A DNA stretch of 58,452 nucleotides, the filler included, from Basidiobolus ranarum (Eukaryota), in assembly GCA_040143965.1 (NCBI GenBank). It is 6 parts of 6 records of this genome, joined end to end, with 100 filler letters (N's around TTAATTAATTAA, not from the genome) between each part and the next. Parts side by side here need not be neighbours in the genome. Positions count along the whole stretch, not along the records: positions 1 to 9,681 come from JASJQH010000793.1; positions 9,782 to 19,454 come from JASJQH010000794.1; 4 more parts are not named here. One strand, written 5' to 3'. Position numbers and translations under genes: made by a program. The notes under the pieces are model-generated. The model was not told the DNA's origin. It worked only from the letters and a program-made list of their open reading frames with translations, and ran no database searches. Shown here in pieces: positions 1 through 12,340 of the stretch (position 1 is the stretch's first letter; each line of letters opens with the position of its first letter).

Positions 1-2263
1 CGAGATATGGGTCAGATTTTCCTAAGAGATCCGAGTTCTTCAGTTTCTGGGCTGATATTAAGTCAAGACGAACAGTACCAATGGGTGGAGCAAGGCGACC
101 TGCAGAGATCGCACCTCCTTTAATCACCACTGGTCTCCACACAAAAGTCATTCTAACTTTACCCGGCGAACCATCAAGATCATACCAAGGATTCTCGTTG
201 TTGCGCTTGATTGCCTCATCTAGAGTGGTGTTAAATTTCCCGAGCAGAGGATCAGAAGCGAAGCCACGCTCATCAAATATCTCCACTCCAAACATAGCAT
301 TCTTTTTGTCACTAATGAATACCTCCACATTTTTCTCCCAAAGTGGATTATTCTTTTTCTTAATCACTTGAGTCTTGAGTATTGGGTTGCCATTGAGTTT
401 GATGGTACCGTATGGATTGCCAGTTTCTTGGGCGGCACCAAGGTCCTTAGCCTGATGAATAAATACCTTGAGAATACCACTATTAGATTCAACTTGAGTC
501 TCCGTTCCATCCTCATTCTTGACCGGCGGAACGACTGGAGAATATTGAAGATCGTACAATAGTTCACCGCACTCTTTACCACCTTCTCGGATAATCTTGC
601 TTAGAACATCGACTTGTTCAGGGGTTTCATTCAAGGTAGATAGATCAAAGGAAGCGGTTCCTATGCTTCGGTCTTTCTTTACTTCTTCTTTATCGAAGAC
701 CTCAAGGGTCAGAGTGTCACTGAGGTTGTGAAGCAATATGTAATAGGTTTCATCCCAAACAGGATTGAGTGTATTACTCTTAACAGAGGTGCGACCAAGT
801 TCCACTCGGTTATTGCATTGAAGAACTACGTATGGATCGGACATTCCTATAAGCTCCACATTCTTAAGATTTCGACCACTACGAATAGTTATCTTCAAAA
901 CCCCAGCAGCAGCATCTAAATCAACACCGCTCATTAACTGAGCAACATCGAGAGTAAATACGTTAGGAGCGTACATCATGGGTCCTAATATGGCGTTAGT
1001 TTGATCTCTAATAAAGGTTTGGAGGCCAGGAATATGAGCAATATCAAACCCAAAGGTCTCACCACCTATTGGTTTCAAGACATAGTCAATAACAGGTGGC
1101 TCCATAAAGCTCACATCGGCAGTTCTAACGTGTGGGAATGTACTCATTAATTGTAGAGCAATTCTAATTCTCCCTTTGAATGCAAAATCCTCAACTAGAA
1201 CTGGCATGCCTGCCCCTACGAAGCCTTTTCCAACCCGAATCTCAAGGCAAATCTTGGGATTAGTTTTTCGTTCTAGCTCACGTTTGGTCATATCTACAAT
1301 GTCATTAGGGGTAAAGGAAAACTCCCACTCCATTTCCACTCTTTCATCATCATGATTATTCAAAGTTTTCACAGAATCCACTCTGGGAGCTTTGGTACCT
1401 AATGTGAAATGAGAGAGACGTAAAGAATCGAGAAATCCTGGTGTGTTTTCAGCTAGTACACCATCGCCTATTTCAACAACCATAGCTGAAAGTACAGGTT
1501 CGTAAATGAGCCAAAACTTGCTAACAAAACTATTGAGCCATTCAGTGGATTCTGAATCTTGGAATAGTTTATTGATGGACATCTGGCGGGTAATATCGTC
1601 ACGAACATTCCGGCGGTGACGCTGTACGGAATTAGTGTAATATTGTCCTCCAAACGCAAGCACAATTAAGCACCACCCAAATCCGAAATATAAGCGAGAA
1701 ACGAAGAATCCTGTCAGTACCAATAAAGTGATGGCAATGTAGTTCTGCCATTCTTGACCAGCGTATTTTTTCATAAACTCTTCGTTAGATTCCTGCCAGC
1801 CCAATACAGGTGGAGGTAGATTTTTCTTGGTGGTTGGTTCTTTTGTGGTGTTTGATCAGTCATTGGTTTTATCGAAAACCTCATTTTTAGAGGTTTTTTC
1901 ATTCCCTGAGGGTAATGTAGCATCACTGATTACAGTTTTGGCCGATGGTCCCTCTAGGACGGGGTTATTGGCAGTCACATCAGCCACACCAGCAGCTTCC
2001 CTAGCAATCCGTGCTTTTTCTTCGGGAGTTTCATTGGGGTTAAAGGAATGAACTGGGGCTTTGGAATCGGACATGACCTGGTCAGCTTCAGCATGAGCCT
2101 CAGCTATCTCTTGTGGTTTGTTATTGTGAAGCTCAGTGTTGGGTTGATTTGGTTGATTATTGGCCATATGGGGAAGATCTTGTGATGGTTGAGCTTCACC
2201 AGGAATATTGGGGATATTCTGTATGGGCTGGTTCGACTCGTAACCAGGCTCGTTAGACATCAT
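1..2263 (-). CDS. Tricalbin / extended-synaptotagmin (TM hairpin, SMP domain, C2 domains); 3'-truncated by contig edge; one in-frame TGA at 1856-1858
   Basis: Manual translation continues in frame past the TGA: ...VLGWQES...YIAITLLVLTGFFVSRLYFGFGWCLIVL (TM), ESTEWLNSFVSKFWLIYEP, LRLSHFTLGTKAPRVD, LKPIGGETFGFDI (SMP), SDPYVV...NPVWDETYY (C2). The N-terminal HSFNPNETPEEKA is tricalbin-like. Confidence 0.9.
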
Positions 2264-4586
2264 TTAATTCAAAACTAAGAAAATTAGCTCCAGTAAAAAC
2301 AATAAGAGGGAGGAGAATGAAACTTTAGAAAGTTGAAAAAGGTTAGCTATCGTTTAGAAGAGTTCATTCAATTTATATTCCATATTTTTCCGGATCGGGT
2401 ATTATGTGTAACCTTGAGAAAACCTCGTCAGCACACCATATATGTTGATCAATCTCACCAAACCTTCCAGGAGGTTGCTACGACAGCATTATGAAAGATA
2501 ATATACTTATCATAAATTAAGTAATACTAATGAAGTAACTATGACCAGCATTTGATTGAGCTCAGATTTAGCGTGGGCACTATCCACTTGAAATTACAAT
2601 ACTTACACCATATCACCATTGTTTTGACTAATGCTAACTGTCGTTTCAAAAGCTTATGCATATGGAATACCACTTTTCTGTATTAAAACCATAATCCACA
2701 ATTAATGAGCCCCCAGAAACGTCACGGATGCTTTGTACCAGCCCCTTGGGGAGCGCTAGAAATGCCGGGGTCTGAAGCCCTGCTGGCCCAGTCAAGCTAT
2801 CCAGATTAAACTAAGCAAGGCATATATTTTGTATATATATTCCGTATTCCACCTGGACATATTCAACAAAAGTATCAACTTGCCTCTGAGAGAATACACT
2901 AATCTACGCTGAAAAGGTATAAAGCATAGTCAGGCGATATTCAGACTCTTCTGTCATATACTTTGCTTTGACTGGGCCTGTATTTCGAAACACAGTGGTG
3001 CTTTCAGCAGAACATAGGTCTTCCAAAACCGGATAGTTAAGAAACTGTCTTATTTAAGCTAATCCTTTATACATACAGCTCGTGACGTCTTACTCAGACG
3101 AATACCATACTCTACTGTGCATCTTAATTTATGCTGATATTTGATTGAAATACCTGTGATTGATACGAATCGCTTAACTAATTGACTCTAGTCTAGAACA
3201 TTATGTAGGAGACAGAATAGGTGACATTTATAAATTATACGAGATAGCAAGTTAGAGTCACGCAGATGCAAGACTACTGTGTACTCGGTCTCAGGATCAC
3301 CAGCGAATCAAGTTAGACCTTCGAAACGTAAAGCTTAAGCATAAGCATGTGTGTGGCTTATGTATTTAAGAAATACTGTATCCAATTCACTATGAAAACA
3401 GCGACTACTGTTAAGAGGCAATGCTTAGGTGAAGAGTGACGAAATCCACCAGGACCAATGAGAATCATTTGTGATCTGGCCTCAGTCGAATAGTTGGCTC
3501 GTATGTGCATGCATCTGAGAGGATATGTGAATTGTAGGGACGAATTCATACTGTGAAGTGTCCTTCACCACGGTGCCAAGATGGTGAGTATCTCATATTG
3601 CACTCTATTAAGTTACTGGTAGTGGCGTATTTCCTTCGTCATCTCCATTGAGTGGGCCGTTAGATGAAATCAGCGATGTAAACTTTCATTATAAGGGTTT
3701 CACAGAGACTTAGCTACGATGTATGCGTTCTGTATGTTCTCGTCATCATTGTCTAATTGTGTGACCTGAGCTTCGTTGATTCTGTTACATCCGAGCTAAT
3801 TGTAGGCTTTGTGCTATCAGCACTCCAGTCAGATCAAGCACTAGTATAATATAGTTGTAGGATATACGATACACAATGGATAAGGTTGTGTATACGAAGT
3901 GGTGCGCCCAGGTCTACCCCGGGTTATCGCGCTTGAGTTTCTTGTTTCGAACTCCTGAGAAATTAGTATTTCCTTTTGTTCTAAAGTACCATTTCGTGTG
4001 ATGCTATGTCCCTAAAGAACGTGTGGTTCGGCTGCTGAGAAATGTTCTACCTCAATCTTTAGATAGCGCGTACACCATTTGCACTTCCAAAAACTTATCT
4101 CTCAATAAATTATCTTTTTACCGCTTTATCTCTGGATACTTCCTAACTATGTATGGTATTATTTATTATTATTATAAAGAATGCTGACACCAAATCGATG
4201 GCTGCATCTTAAACTGTTAGATATATTCATTTGGTTCAGAATTCATCTATAGTCAACGCCCTCATGGGTATCAATATGCCTATCCCGCCTAGATCTATAT
4301 ACTTTCCATGTCTGCTGTAGTTCGGTTTGATGTCATAAGTGTCTCAAATGCTTCATATTTGACAGCCTTGATCAGAATCGGTATTTCCATTGAGACCCAT
4401 AGGCTATCCTCGTAATAGACACAGTCACATAAAACACCGACAGCCTCTTAGGCGGTTCAAAGAAATTCCTTTGATATCACGTGGTACATGACACAGCATG
4501 CTCACTCAATATTTTACAATAGTGTTCGTGACTGTGACTGCTTGTTATCCTCTCCGCATTTATCTCAATTGTAACAGAAAGTAAAG

Positions 4587-6408
4587 ATGGGATGTATAGC
4601 TAGTTGTCTCACAATGCAAATCTTCTCTTGTTGTACTTCTACAACATGCGCCTGTGCTTCAAAAATCTTCAAGATTCAAGGTTCCATCGCCACTAGATTA
4701 TCCTACGCTGTAAGCAAAACAGAGTTCAGTTGAATAAAAGTCTAGTAAGAAATTGATTTCTGTTTCTTTTTTTGTAGGCAATCTTCTTGATTTCGTTCTT
4801 GGTTAGTAACAAGACAGTACTTTATTAACTTTGTTTCATAATATTGAATAACTTATATTACTTGTATTTGGACGGTTTCCAGTTATCATGGCTTATGCTT
4901 ACTGATTGGGTTACAAGTAAACTGTCTGAAATCACTTACGGGTACTTGGCTCTCAATTGTCCTGAAGGGCATTGTCACGGTCCTTTTGCGGTATTTTTAT
5001 ATTTTTTTGTGCATAGTACTTTTGTCTGGCTCTACTGAAACGTATATAACAAAAATTAGGTTCACCGAATTTGCTTTGCTCTTGCCTTGTTTCATATAAT
5101 TTTGGGCGCATTGGTTTGGAATGTAAATGACACTCGTGAACCGCGAGCTTCCATTCAGAACGGGTACGTCTTATCTATTATTGGAGTAGATTTTGAATCT
5201 ATGACTCTTCTTCATCTACTTATTGATACTCTTTAGTTGGTGGGGACCGAAAATATTTATCTGGTTGCTCCTTACCGTAGTTGTATTTTTCATTCCCAAC
5301 CAATTCTTCGCTTTCTGGGGAAACTACATTGCAATTATCGGTGCAGCATTATTTATCCTAGTACAACTTGCACTTTTAATTGATTTTGCACATAGTTGGA
5401 GTGAATCTTGCATTGAAAAATGGGAAAATGATAGTAATGACAAATGGAAATACATTGTTGTCGGATCGTCTATTGGAATGTATATTATTGCAATTGCCTT
5501 GATTGGTGTAATGTATGCTTACTTTGGTAGAAATGGATGTGGCTTGAATCAATTCTATATCACCTTCAACCTCGTTCTTTGCATTCTTATAACACTCCTC
5601 TCTGTTCATCCCCAGATCCAAGAGGCCAACAGTAAATCAGGACTGTCACAAGCCTCTATGGTTGCCATATACTGTAGTTACTTGATACTAAGTGCAGTCA
5701 TGAATGAGCCAGTAGTGGGTGATGATTACTATTGCAACCCAATTCGTAGCCGTGGCACACGTCACACAGCTGTCCTTTTTGGCGCATTGTTTACCATCGT
5801 AGCCATTGTATACTCTACCTCTCGAGCTGCTACTCAGAGTAGCTCTCTTATCAGCTCTAGCGACTATGATCCAGTCAATTCTGCTTCTGCCGTACCTCTC
5901 ATTGATAATCAGCCTGGAAAATCGAAAGGGATGGGATCTGAAGCATTGATGGCTGCCATTGAGAGCGGGTAGGATTAAATCTTTATGATCTAAGTATCAA
6001 ATAGTGATATTGAAATATTACCTATTTCAGAGCTTTACCGCCCTCAGCTTTAAATAACGTCGAGGAAGACGATGATGAGCCTGGTTCCATTGCGGATGAC
6101 GAGAAGCACGGCTGTCAATATAATTATACACTCTTCCATCTGATCTTTGCCATTGGAGCCATGTATGTATCCATGTTACTAACGAATTGGAACAATTACT
6201 CCAACACATCTGAGTTGGTAATCATTGGCGCAAATTGGCCAGCAGTCTGGGTAAAGGTGGTTTCTAGTTGGCTCTGCATAGGACTGTACAGCTGGTCTCT
6301 TCTCGGACCGATTATCTTACCTGATAGAGTAAAGAAAAATATATATGTAGATGATGATTCAAAATCAAGCTAACAGAAAGGGATTTTCAATTGTAGGATT
6401 GGAATTAA
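4587..6408 (+). CDS. TMS1: SERINC/TMS1 family membrane protein, multi-exon
   Basis: Cys-rich N-terminus MGCIASCLTMQIFSCC; RASIQNG|WWGPK, LIDFAHSWSE, SGLSQASMV, YNYTLFH, LTNW and VWVKVVSSW motifs; short GT-AG introns; last exon DWN*. Confidence 0.93.
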
Positions 6409-7029
6409 CGTCAGTAATACCGCCTCTTATCGATATCACACTCATCTCATAAACGGTAAACACTAAATTTAAATGTTCTGAGTATACGTTATCCTATACT
6501 TCAACCCACTAGGAAATCTTGGGCTAGGCTTTTGTACTAGTGAAAGGAATTCCATGATTTCGACCTGTAGTTACCAATATCTGCTTGCGTTTTCAATACT
6601 CTAGTATTAAAATATACTGTCCAGAGCACAAAATTTTCCAAGGCCCTACTTATATCCTTATTAGCATAGTTGTCTTGCCAGGACTAGGGTACATGTTCTC
6701 TATTAAAATGGTAAAGGTAATTTGAGAGTTGAGTGTATTGTTGAATACAAATAAAAAATGAATACATTCTATAGCTCATAACTGGTTTTCTTTTTTGCAA
6801 GCATTTTTCAAATGATAGTATCTCTATATTCACTGCATGATTCAGTTTTATATTGGACATACAGCCTAATCGGAGTTCCAACATCAGTCGCTACCATTAT
6901 GAATACCACTACTTGTGTTGTTATTTATATTTGTAACCATCGCAGTCAGTAAATCAGTTTTGTACTCACATTTTTTCCTAGTAACTGTTTTTTGGCCCCC
7001 TATATATTGTGATATAGGGTCAAATACAA

Positions 7030-7600
7030 TGTACTGACATTTCAGGGTGCATTTCCAAGAACTAAATTTAGGATTTATTGTCTATATATTCCTGCAGGCC
7101 TGCTCTTTGTTCATAGAGTTTTCAGAATGCTATTTCATATGAAATCAGTTTGTCATGTTATTGTTTGATTACTTACTCATGAAATAAACCAGAATGACAT
7201 CAACAGGAACTTCCAAGACAAGTTAATGTTTTTGGCAGAATTAGTGAGACTTATTGATAATCACTACTTTTTCAAATATGTTATAATCCTAAGTTCATTG
7301 AGTTTACGATATAGGAAGCAGTGCCATTATTATGAGACTGCTGACTTTGAATATCCATGCGTACTAAAGATCTTTATCTAATTGCCCTAAATAAGGTTGG
7401 TATTGGAAATTGGATCAGATATATTGAACTCGATTTTGATGATTTTGAATCAGACTAAATCAATTTTATCGCTTTGAATACAATCTCTCAGGCAGTTAGA
7501 GATACTTTGAAAGCACCCTGCTTTGATATATATTTGCCATTACTAGAGATACAGTTCATATTCAGGTCACACAATATTTATCTTTGATCACGATATTATA
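7030..7600 (+). mobile_element. Highly degenerate reverse-transcriptase remnant, possibly Penelope-like
   Basis: Frameshifted fragments in RT motif order: TDISG (motif A-like), LIDNHYFFKY then IGSSA (motif B-like), NWIRYIELDF at ~7408-7437 (W.RY.DD-like). Many stops. Confidence 0.35.
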
Positions 7601-7849
7601 TTAAAACACAAATGATGGGAATCATAAAAGTACAAGTTGAATATATAGCTTCAAGAGTTGTCTTGTATAAATGGTTGCCTATCACACTCCTATCTTTATA
7701 TCTATGAGGATCTTTATAGTTGTCATTAAGAGAAGATAAACTATATGGACATTTTGATGATTTCCCAGACTCATTAATTATTGACTGAACGATGTGACTG
7801 GTGCCCGCAAGCCATATTCAAATAAAACAATCCATGTTAGAACATATCA

Positions 7850-8042
7850 ATGTTGAAATTAGCATTGCCTAAACACCTATGTAGTCATATATAGCTTAGT
7901 GAAATATAAGATAACTAAGGTTTGCCTACATCTTGACAAAAGTGTAAATGTCAACTTTCTACTCAATAAATCAATAAGTGAAAACCACCAATTTCTCTAT
8001 TTTCTCCAAACCACTTCCAACAGGCTCCCAAATACTTTAACA
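7850..8042 (+). repeat. Dispersed repeat, homologous in inverted orientation to 55876-56000 and 56323-56371 on contig 6
   Basis: CATCTTGACAAAAGTGTAAATGTCAACTTTCTACTCAATAAATCAATAAGTGAAAACCACCAATTTCTCTAT...CCAACAGGCTCCCAAATACTTTAACA matches the reverse complement of ~55876-55995. The spurious ORFs share CLHLDKxxNVNFLLNKSIxENxQFLYF. Confidence 0.9.
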
Positions 8043-9681
8043 ATCAACACAGCAATTGAAGATATTGCAAGTAATGTACAATCTTTACAAAAAGAACATT
8101 GAGCTCAAAACCGACTAATTGACTGTACAAAGAGCAATGGAGTCACCTTCAGAGATTGCTGTTTGAGCTCTGATTGAGCTGTGTCTTACATATATAATCA
8201 ATTCGTGTAATGAATGCAAGGATATTGATATTTTAAAAATACTAGTAAAAAAAGTGAATCAACTATGGGCTATTTACGATTGCGGAATAAGTAGATACAA
8301 CTATGAAAAAAGACCTGAGATGTCTAGGAATATAAGAATGTATTGGAGATCCTAATTCAACTATGCTTCTGGACTAGGAATTGTCCAATAACTATAGCAT
8401 ATACTCCACATGAGTACTGTTTCAGCAAAGCCACGACTATTCAGAGTGGAGCTGCTACTTATAGATCTTATTATTCCACTTTGAATCATGAGTAGAACAT
8501 GTCGCTCGGTTTTGTATTTGGCTAGGCACAAATAATAATACAAATCCAGAAAGGAAATGACGACTCTAGATAAAGTACCGAAAGTGCAGTAGATTGATAT
8601 ATCAGTGGTATCATACGAAGCTCAAGTCAAGTGTTAGTCAATATAGCAGTTGAACTTGACCAATAACAAGAACCCAGATTGACCACCACGATGCCTACCA
8701 TCATTATCCTACTCCAATAACTAACAGTATATCAAGTGAGAGCTAAAGATATCATTTACTTCGTAAGATCGACATCAAACTCGTCAGCAACTTGTGAACA
8801 ATAATTCGTACCCAATTGGGTCTCAATCATTCAAAAGTGCTTGCGTATCAAGGATCAATTTTCAAAATATTTCCACCTACCTGCATAAGCTACCTCCGTA
8901 GATCCTTTAGGGACACATAAGCCACTTATTCCAATGGCTAAAACATCATTGATATGCAGGATCAACGCTAAATCATTATAGATGTAAATTTTTAAGATGA
9001 AGGACAGCCTGTGTGTTGGTCAGATTGGTTGGTCTTCTATTCACAGAAATCTTGGCCATTTTATATGCCAATACTTGTTTATACTGCAACTCCCTATTTT
9101 AACAAAGCTAATGCAGATTTGAGTTGATAGTCGAAGCCAACTCCGCATAAGGATTTCAAACCCATAGGCTTCTTATAATATATCGCCCATTCTTAATACA
9201 TTCTGTATTCGTAAATACAAAAAAATACCTAATGCTTCGTAGTACACACACACTAAGCACGCGATACGTGATTCTTCGTTAAACTCAACCACTCCGTAGG
9301 AACTTGGACTCCACATAAGCGAAGGTATTGTTAGAGACTATACATTCCTGCAAGTTTAGAAGCATGAATGTAGGGTGCTTAATGCTACATAACGATAATT
9401 ATCTTTATCATGCAGTTTTAAATATACCCCTTCATCTGTAAACCGGCCAGATGTGCGAAGACTTCCACCCGACAGATGAGGAGACTGCCGATCACTGGGT
9501 TGAAATCAGCCGCGTCTTTATATATATTGATAAAGTGAAACTTGGTGCAATATGCGATATACGTAGATTTTTCCTTGATGTATTCTTACTCCACTAGTCA
9601 TAATATTAACGTGATCCTGCTCATTTAATTGTTAGCATTCCCCGCTAGCTCTCACAATCCGTAAAAAATCCAAAGGCAATA

Positions 9682-9781
9682 NNNNNNNNNNNNNNNNNNN
9701 NNNNNNNNNNNNNNNNNNNNNNNNNTTAATTAATTAANNNNNNNNNNNNNNNNNNNNNNNNNNNNNNNNNNNNNNNNNNNN
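9682..9781. other. Artificial contig linker N44-TTAATTAATTAA-N44
   Basis: 100 nt, six-frame stop core, identical to the other four linkers. Confidence 0.98.
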
Positions 9782-9812
9782 GTATTAACCTTATCACTTT
9801 CATATTTTAAAG

Positions 9813-9896
9813 GAAACCAAATTTGTTGGAGAAGGTCAAAAGTTACGTGCTCGTAAGAAGAAAACCGCTTCCTCTTCTACAGCCTCCTCACCTTGA
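9813..9896 (+). CDS. Probable last exon of a gene truncated by the contig start
   Basis: Follows an acceptor-like TTTTAAAG; reads ETKFVGEGQKLRARKKKTASSSTASSP* with host-like codon usage. Confidence 0.35.
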   Translation, partial: ETKFVGEGQKLRARKKKTASSSTASSP

Positions 9897-10572
9897 GCCT
9901 TGTGCCAGGTTAGTATCTTGTATTATACATGCTTTTATTATCTTGTGTATCTACAAGGTACTAATATTGAAATCTCTACTTTCACTAAATCACTTAGTTC
10001 ATCCATGAGGTTCTCTAAATCCAAAATAAAGTAGCAGTCTGTATTATTAGATCTCTCGCCTGAAAAGTAGTCTCTTTGTAACAGAAATTCCATATATTAT
10101 ATGATTCTCTAACTGGTCACGAGTCGTGATCGAAATAAACGGAAAAACCTAATCATCAACCAACATGATAGAATATTGCTGAGAATTGAGTTTAATGGGA
10201 GATCTCCCTATAAATGTAAACAAGCACACTCGAGTAAATACTCAATTAGATATCCACCATTGCCCCGGTGTGAACCAATTAAATTTCATCTATCCATCCT
10301 TATCAACGTATACATTCCGAAATATACCATGGGGCCTGGACATTGAAATTTTTAGAGAAAAAAAAAAATCCCGCTCCCCATTCCAGAGTCAATCTACCAG
10401 CGTGATCCCTAATTTCTATTCTAATACCAAAATATCGCTAAATACCTGGTGATCTTTGTTTTTATCCCCTCCCCTCTTTTCTTTTTTACTTCCCATTTAA
10501 ATCATCCATTCTTTTTGGGTTTCAACCTTTGTCCCTTTAGACACTTTCTAAACCAGACAAGAAACACTCATC

Positions 10573-12047
10573 ATGTTGGATCTTAACTTATTCCAAACCG
10601 AAAAGGGTGGTAACCCTGAAATCATCCGTGAGTCCCAACGTCGTAGAGGGGCTTCAGTTGAAATTGTTGATGAAATCATCGCTATGTACGATGAGTGGGT
10701 GAAGGGTAAGTAACTTCACTTTATCTAAACTCTTGGTTAAGTGTTCTATGAGTAACTTAATAGCACACTTTATCTATGAGAAAAAGACATAATATTCTTT
10801 GACAGTATCATTTACCTTCTTTTTTTCTCCCTTTGGTAGAACGTTTCAACCTTGACCAACTTAACAAGGAGATTAACGCCATCCAAAAGTCCATCGGACA
10901 AAAGATGAAGTCCAAGGAAGATGCTTCCGAATTGATCAACAAAAAGACTGAAGTACAAAAACAAAAGGAATCCTTGGGTACCTCGGAAAAGGAGAAGGAA
11001 GAAATTTTGAGACAAAAGGTTGGATCCATTGGTAACTTGGTCCACGACTCCGTCCCAGTTAGCATGGACGAAGATAACAACGAAATCGTTCGTACCTGGT
11101 TCCCTGAAGGTAAGGAACCGGAGAAGAGAACTGATATTCATCCCCATCACGAAGTTTTACATCGTATTGATGGTTTCGATGCTGAGAGAGGTTCTAACGT
11201 CGCTGGTCATCGTGGTTATTTCTTGACCAATGATGGTGTTGATCTTAACATGGCTTTGATCCAATACGGTCTTAACTATCTCCGTACTAAGGGTTACAAG
11301 AAGCTTCAAACTCCTTTCTTCATGAAGAAGGAAGTTATGGCCAAGACTGCTCAATTATCCGAGTTCGATGAGGAACTTTACAAGGTTACTGGTGATGGTG
11401 ATGACAAATACTTGATTGCTACTTCTGAACAACCTATCTCAGCATTCCATGCTGGTGAGTGGTTCGAAAGACCTGCCGAGCAACTTCCTCTCAAGTATGC
11501 CGGTTACTCCACTTGCTTCCGTAAGGAAGCCGGTGCTCACGGTAAGGATACTTGGGGTATCTTCCGTGTCCATCAATTCGAGAAAGTCGAACAATTTGTT
11601 CTTACTGAGCCCGAAAAGTCATGGGAGATGTTCGATGAGATGATCAGCGTTTCCGAAGGATTCTTCCAATCCCTCAAGCTCCCTTATCGTGTTGTCAGCA
11701 TTGTTTCTGGCGCATTAAACAATGCTGCCGCCAAGAAGTATGACTTGGAAGCTTGGTTCCCATTCCAAGGAGAGTACAAGGAATTGGTTTCTTGCTCTAA
11801 CTGTACCGATTTCCAAAGCAGAAGCTTAGAAATCCGTTGCGGTATGAAGAAGATGGGTGACCGTGAAAAGAAGTATGTTCACTGCTTGAACTCCACACTT
11901 TGTGCCACTGAGAGAGCACTCTGCTGTATTTTGGAGAACTACCAAACTCCTGAAGGTCTTAACATTCCTGAACCTTTGGTACCATACATGGGTGGACGTA
12001 CTTTCTTGCCTTTCGTCAAGGATGCTCCCAAGAACTCCAAGAAATAA
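10573..12047 (+). CDS. SES1: Cytosolic seryl-tRNA synthetase (exons 10573-10705 and 10840-12047)
   Basis: MLDLNLFQTEKGGNPE start; YLIATSEQP, CFRKEAG, GIFRVHQFEKVEQF, ELVSCSNCTD and LNSTLCATER class II motifs; GTAAGT...TAG intron keeps the frame. Confidence 0.97.
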
Positions 12048-12340
12048 ATTGGTGATACATACTTTGCACACTCCTCAATTTGTTAACTTTCAAAACTCTA
12101 ACCCCACCTTTTAATTAATGAACTTTTTCTTAATAAAAAGCTAAACAAATTTTCTTGATTCATGAATTCCATATTATATTTACATAATGAACGATTTGTG
12201 ATGATGATGGATAATTTACTAGACGTTTAGAATTGTACGTATGAATATTGGCATGTATTTACATGGAAATATCAAGTCGAAAAAAGAGAAACATCTCAGC
12301 AATTGATGATATTTCATTCCATCTTTCAACTAGTTATCAC

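Noticed and set aside
81-2051. Short ORFs over the tricalbin region
   Set aside because: Antisense or alternate-frame shadows of the long minus-strand tricalbin frame, which the ORF track missed because it runs off the edge.
7785-7825. Hammerhead-ribozyme-like CTGAACGA...stem...CAAA near the RT remnant
   Set aside because: The core does not match CUGANGA/GAAA and stem pairing is poor; unsupported without a family consensus.
9726-9737. TTAATTAATTAA as a biological motif
   Set aside because: Synthetic six-frame stop linker inside N runs.
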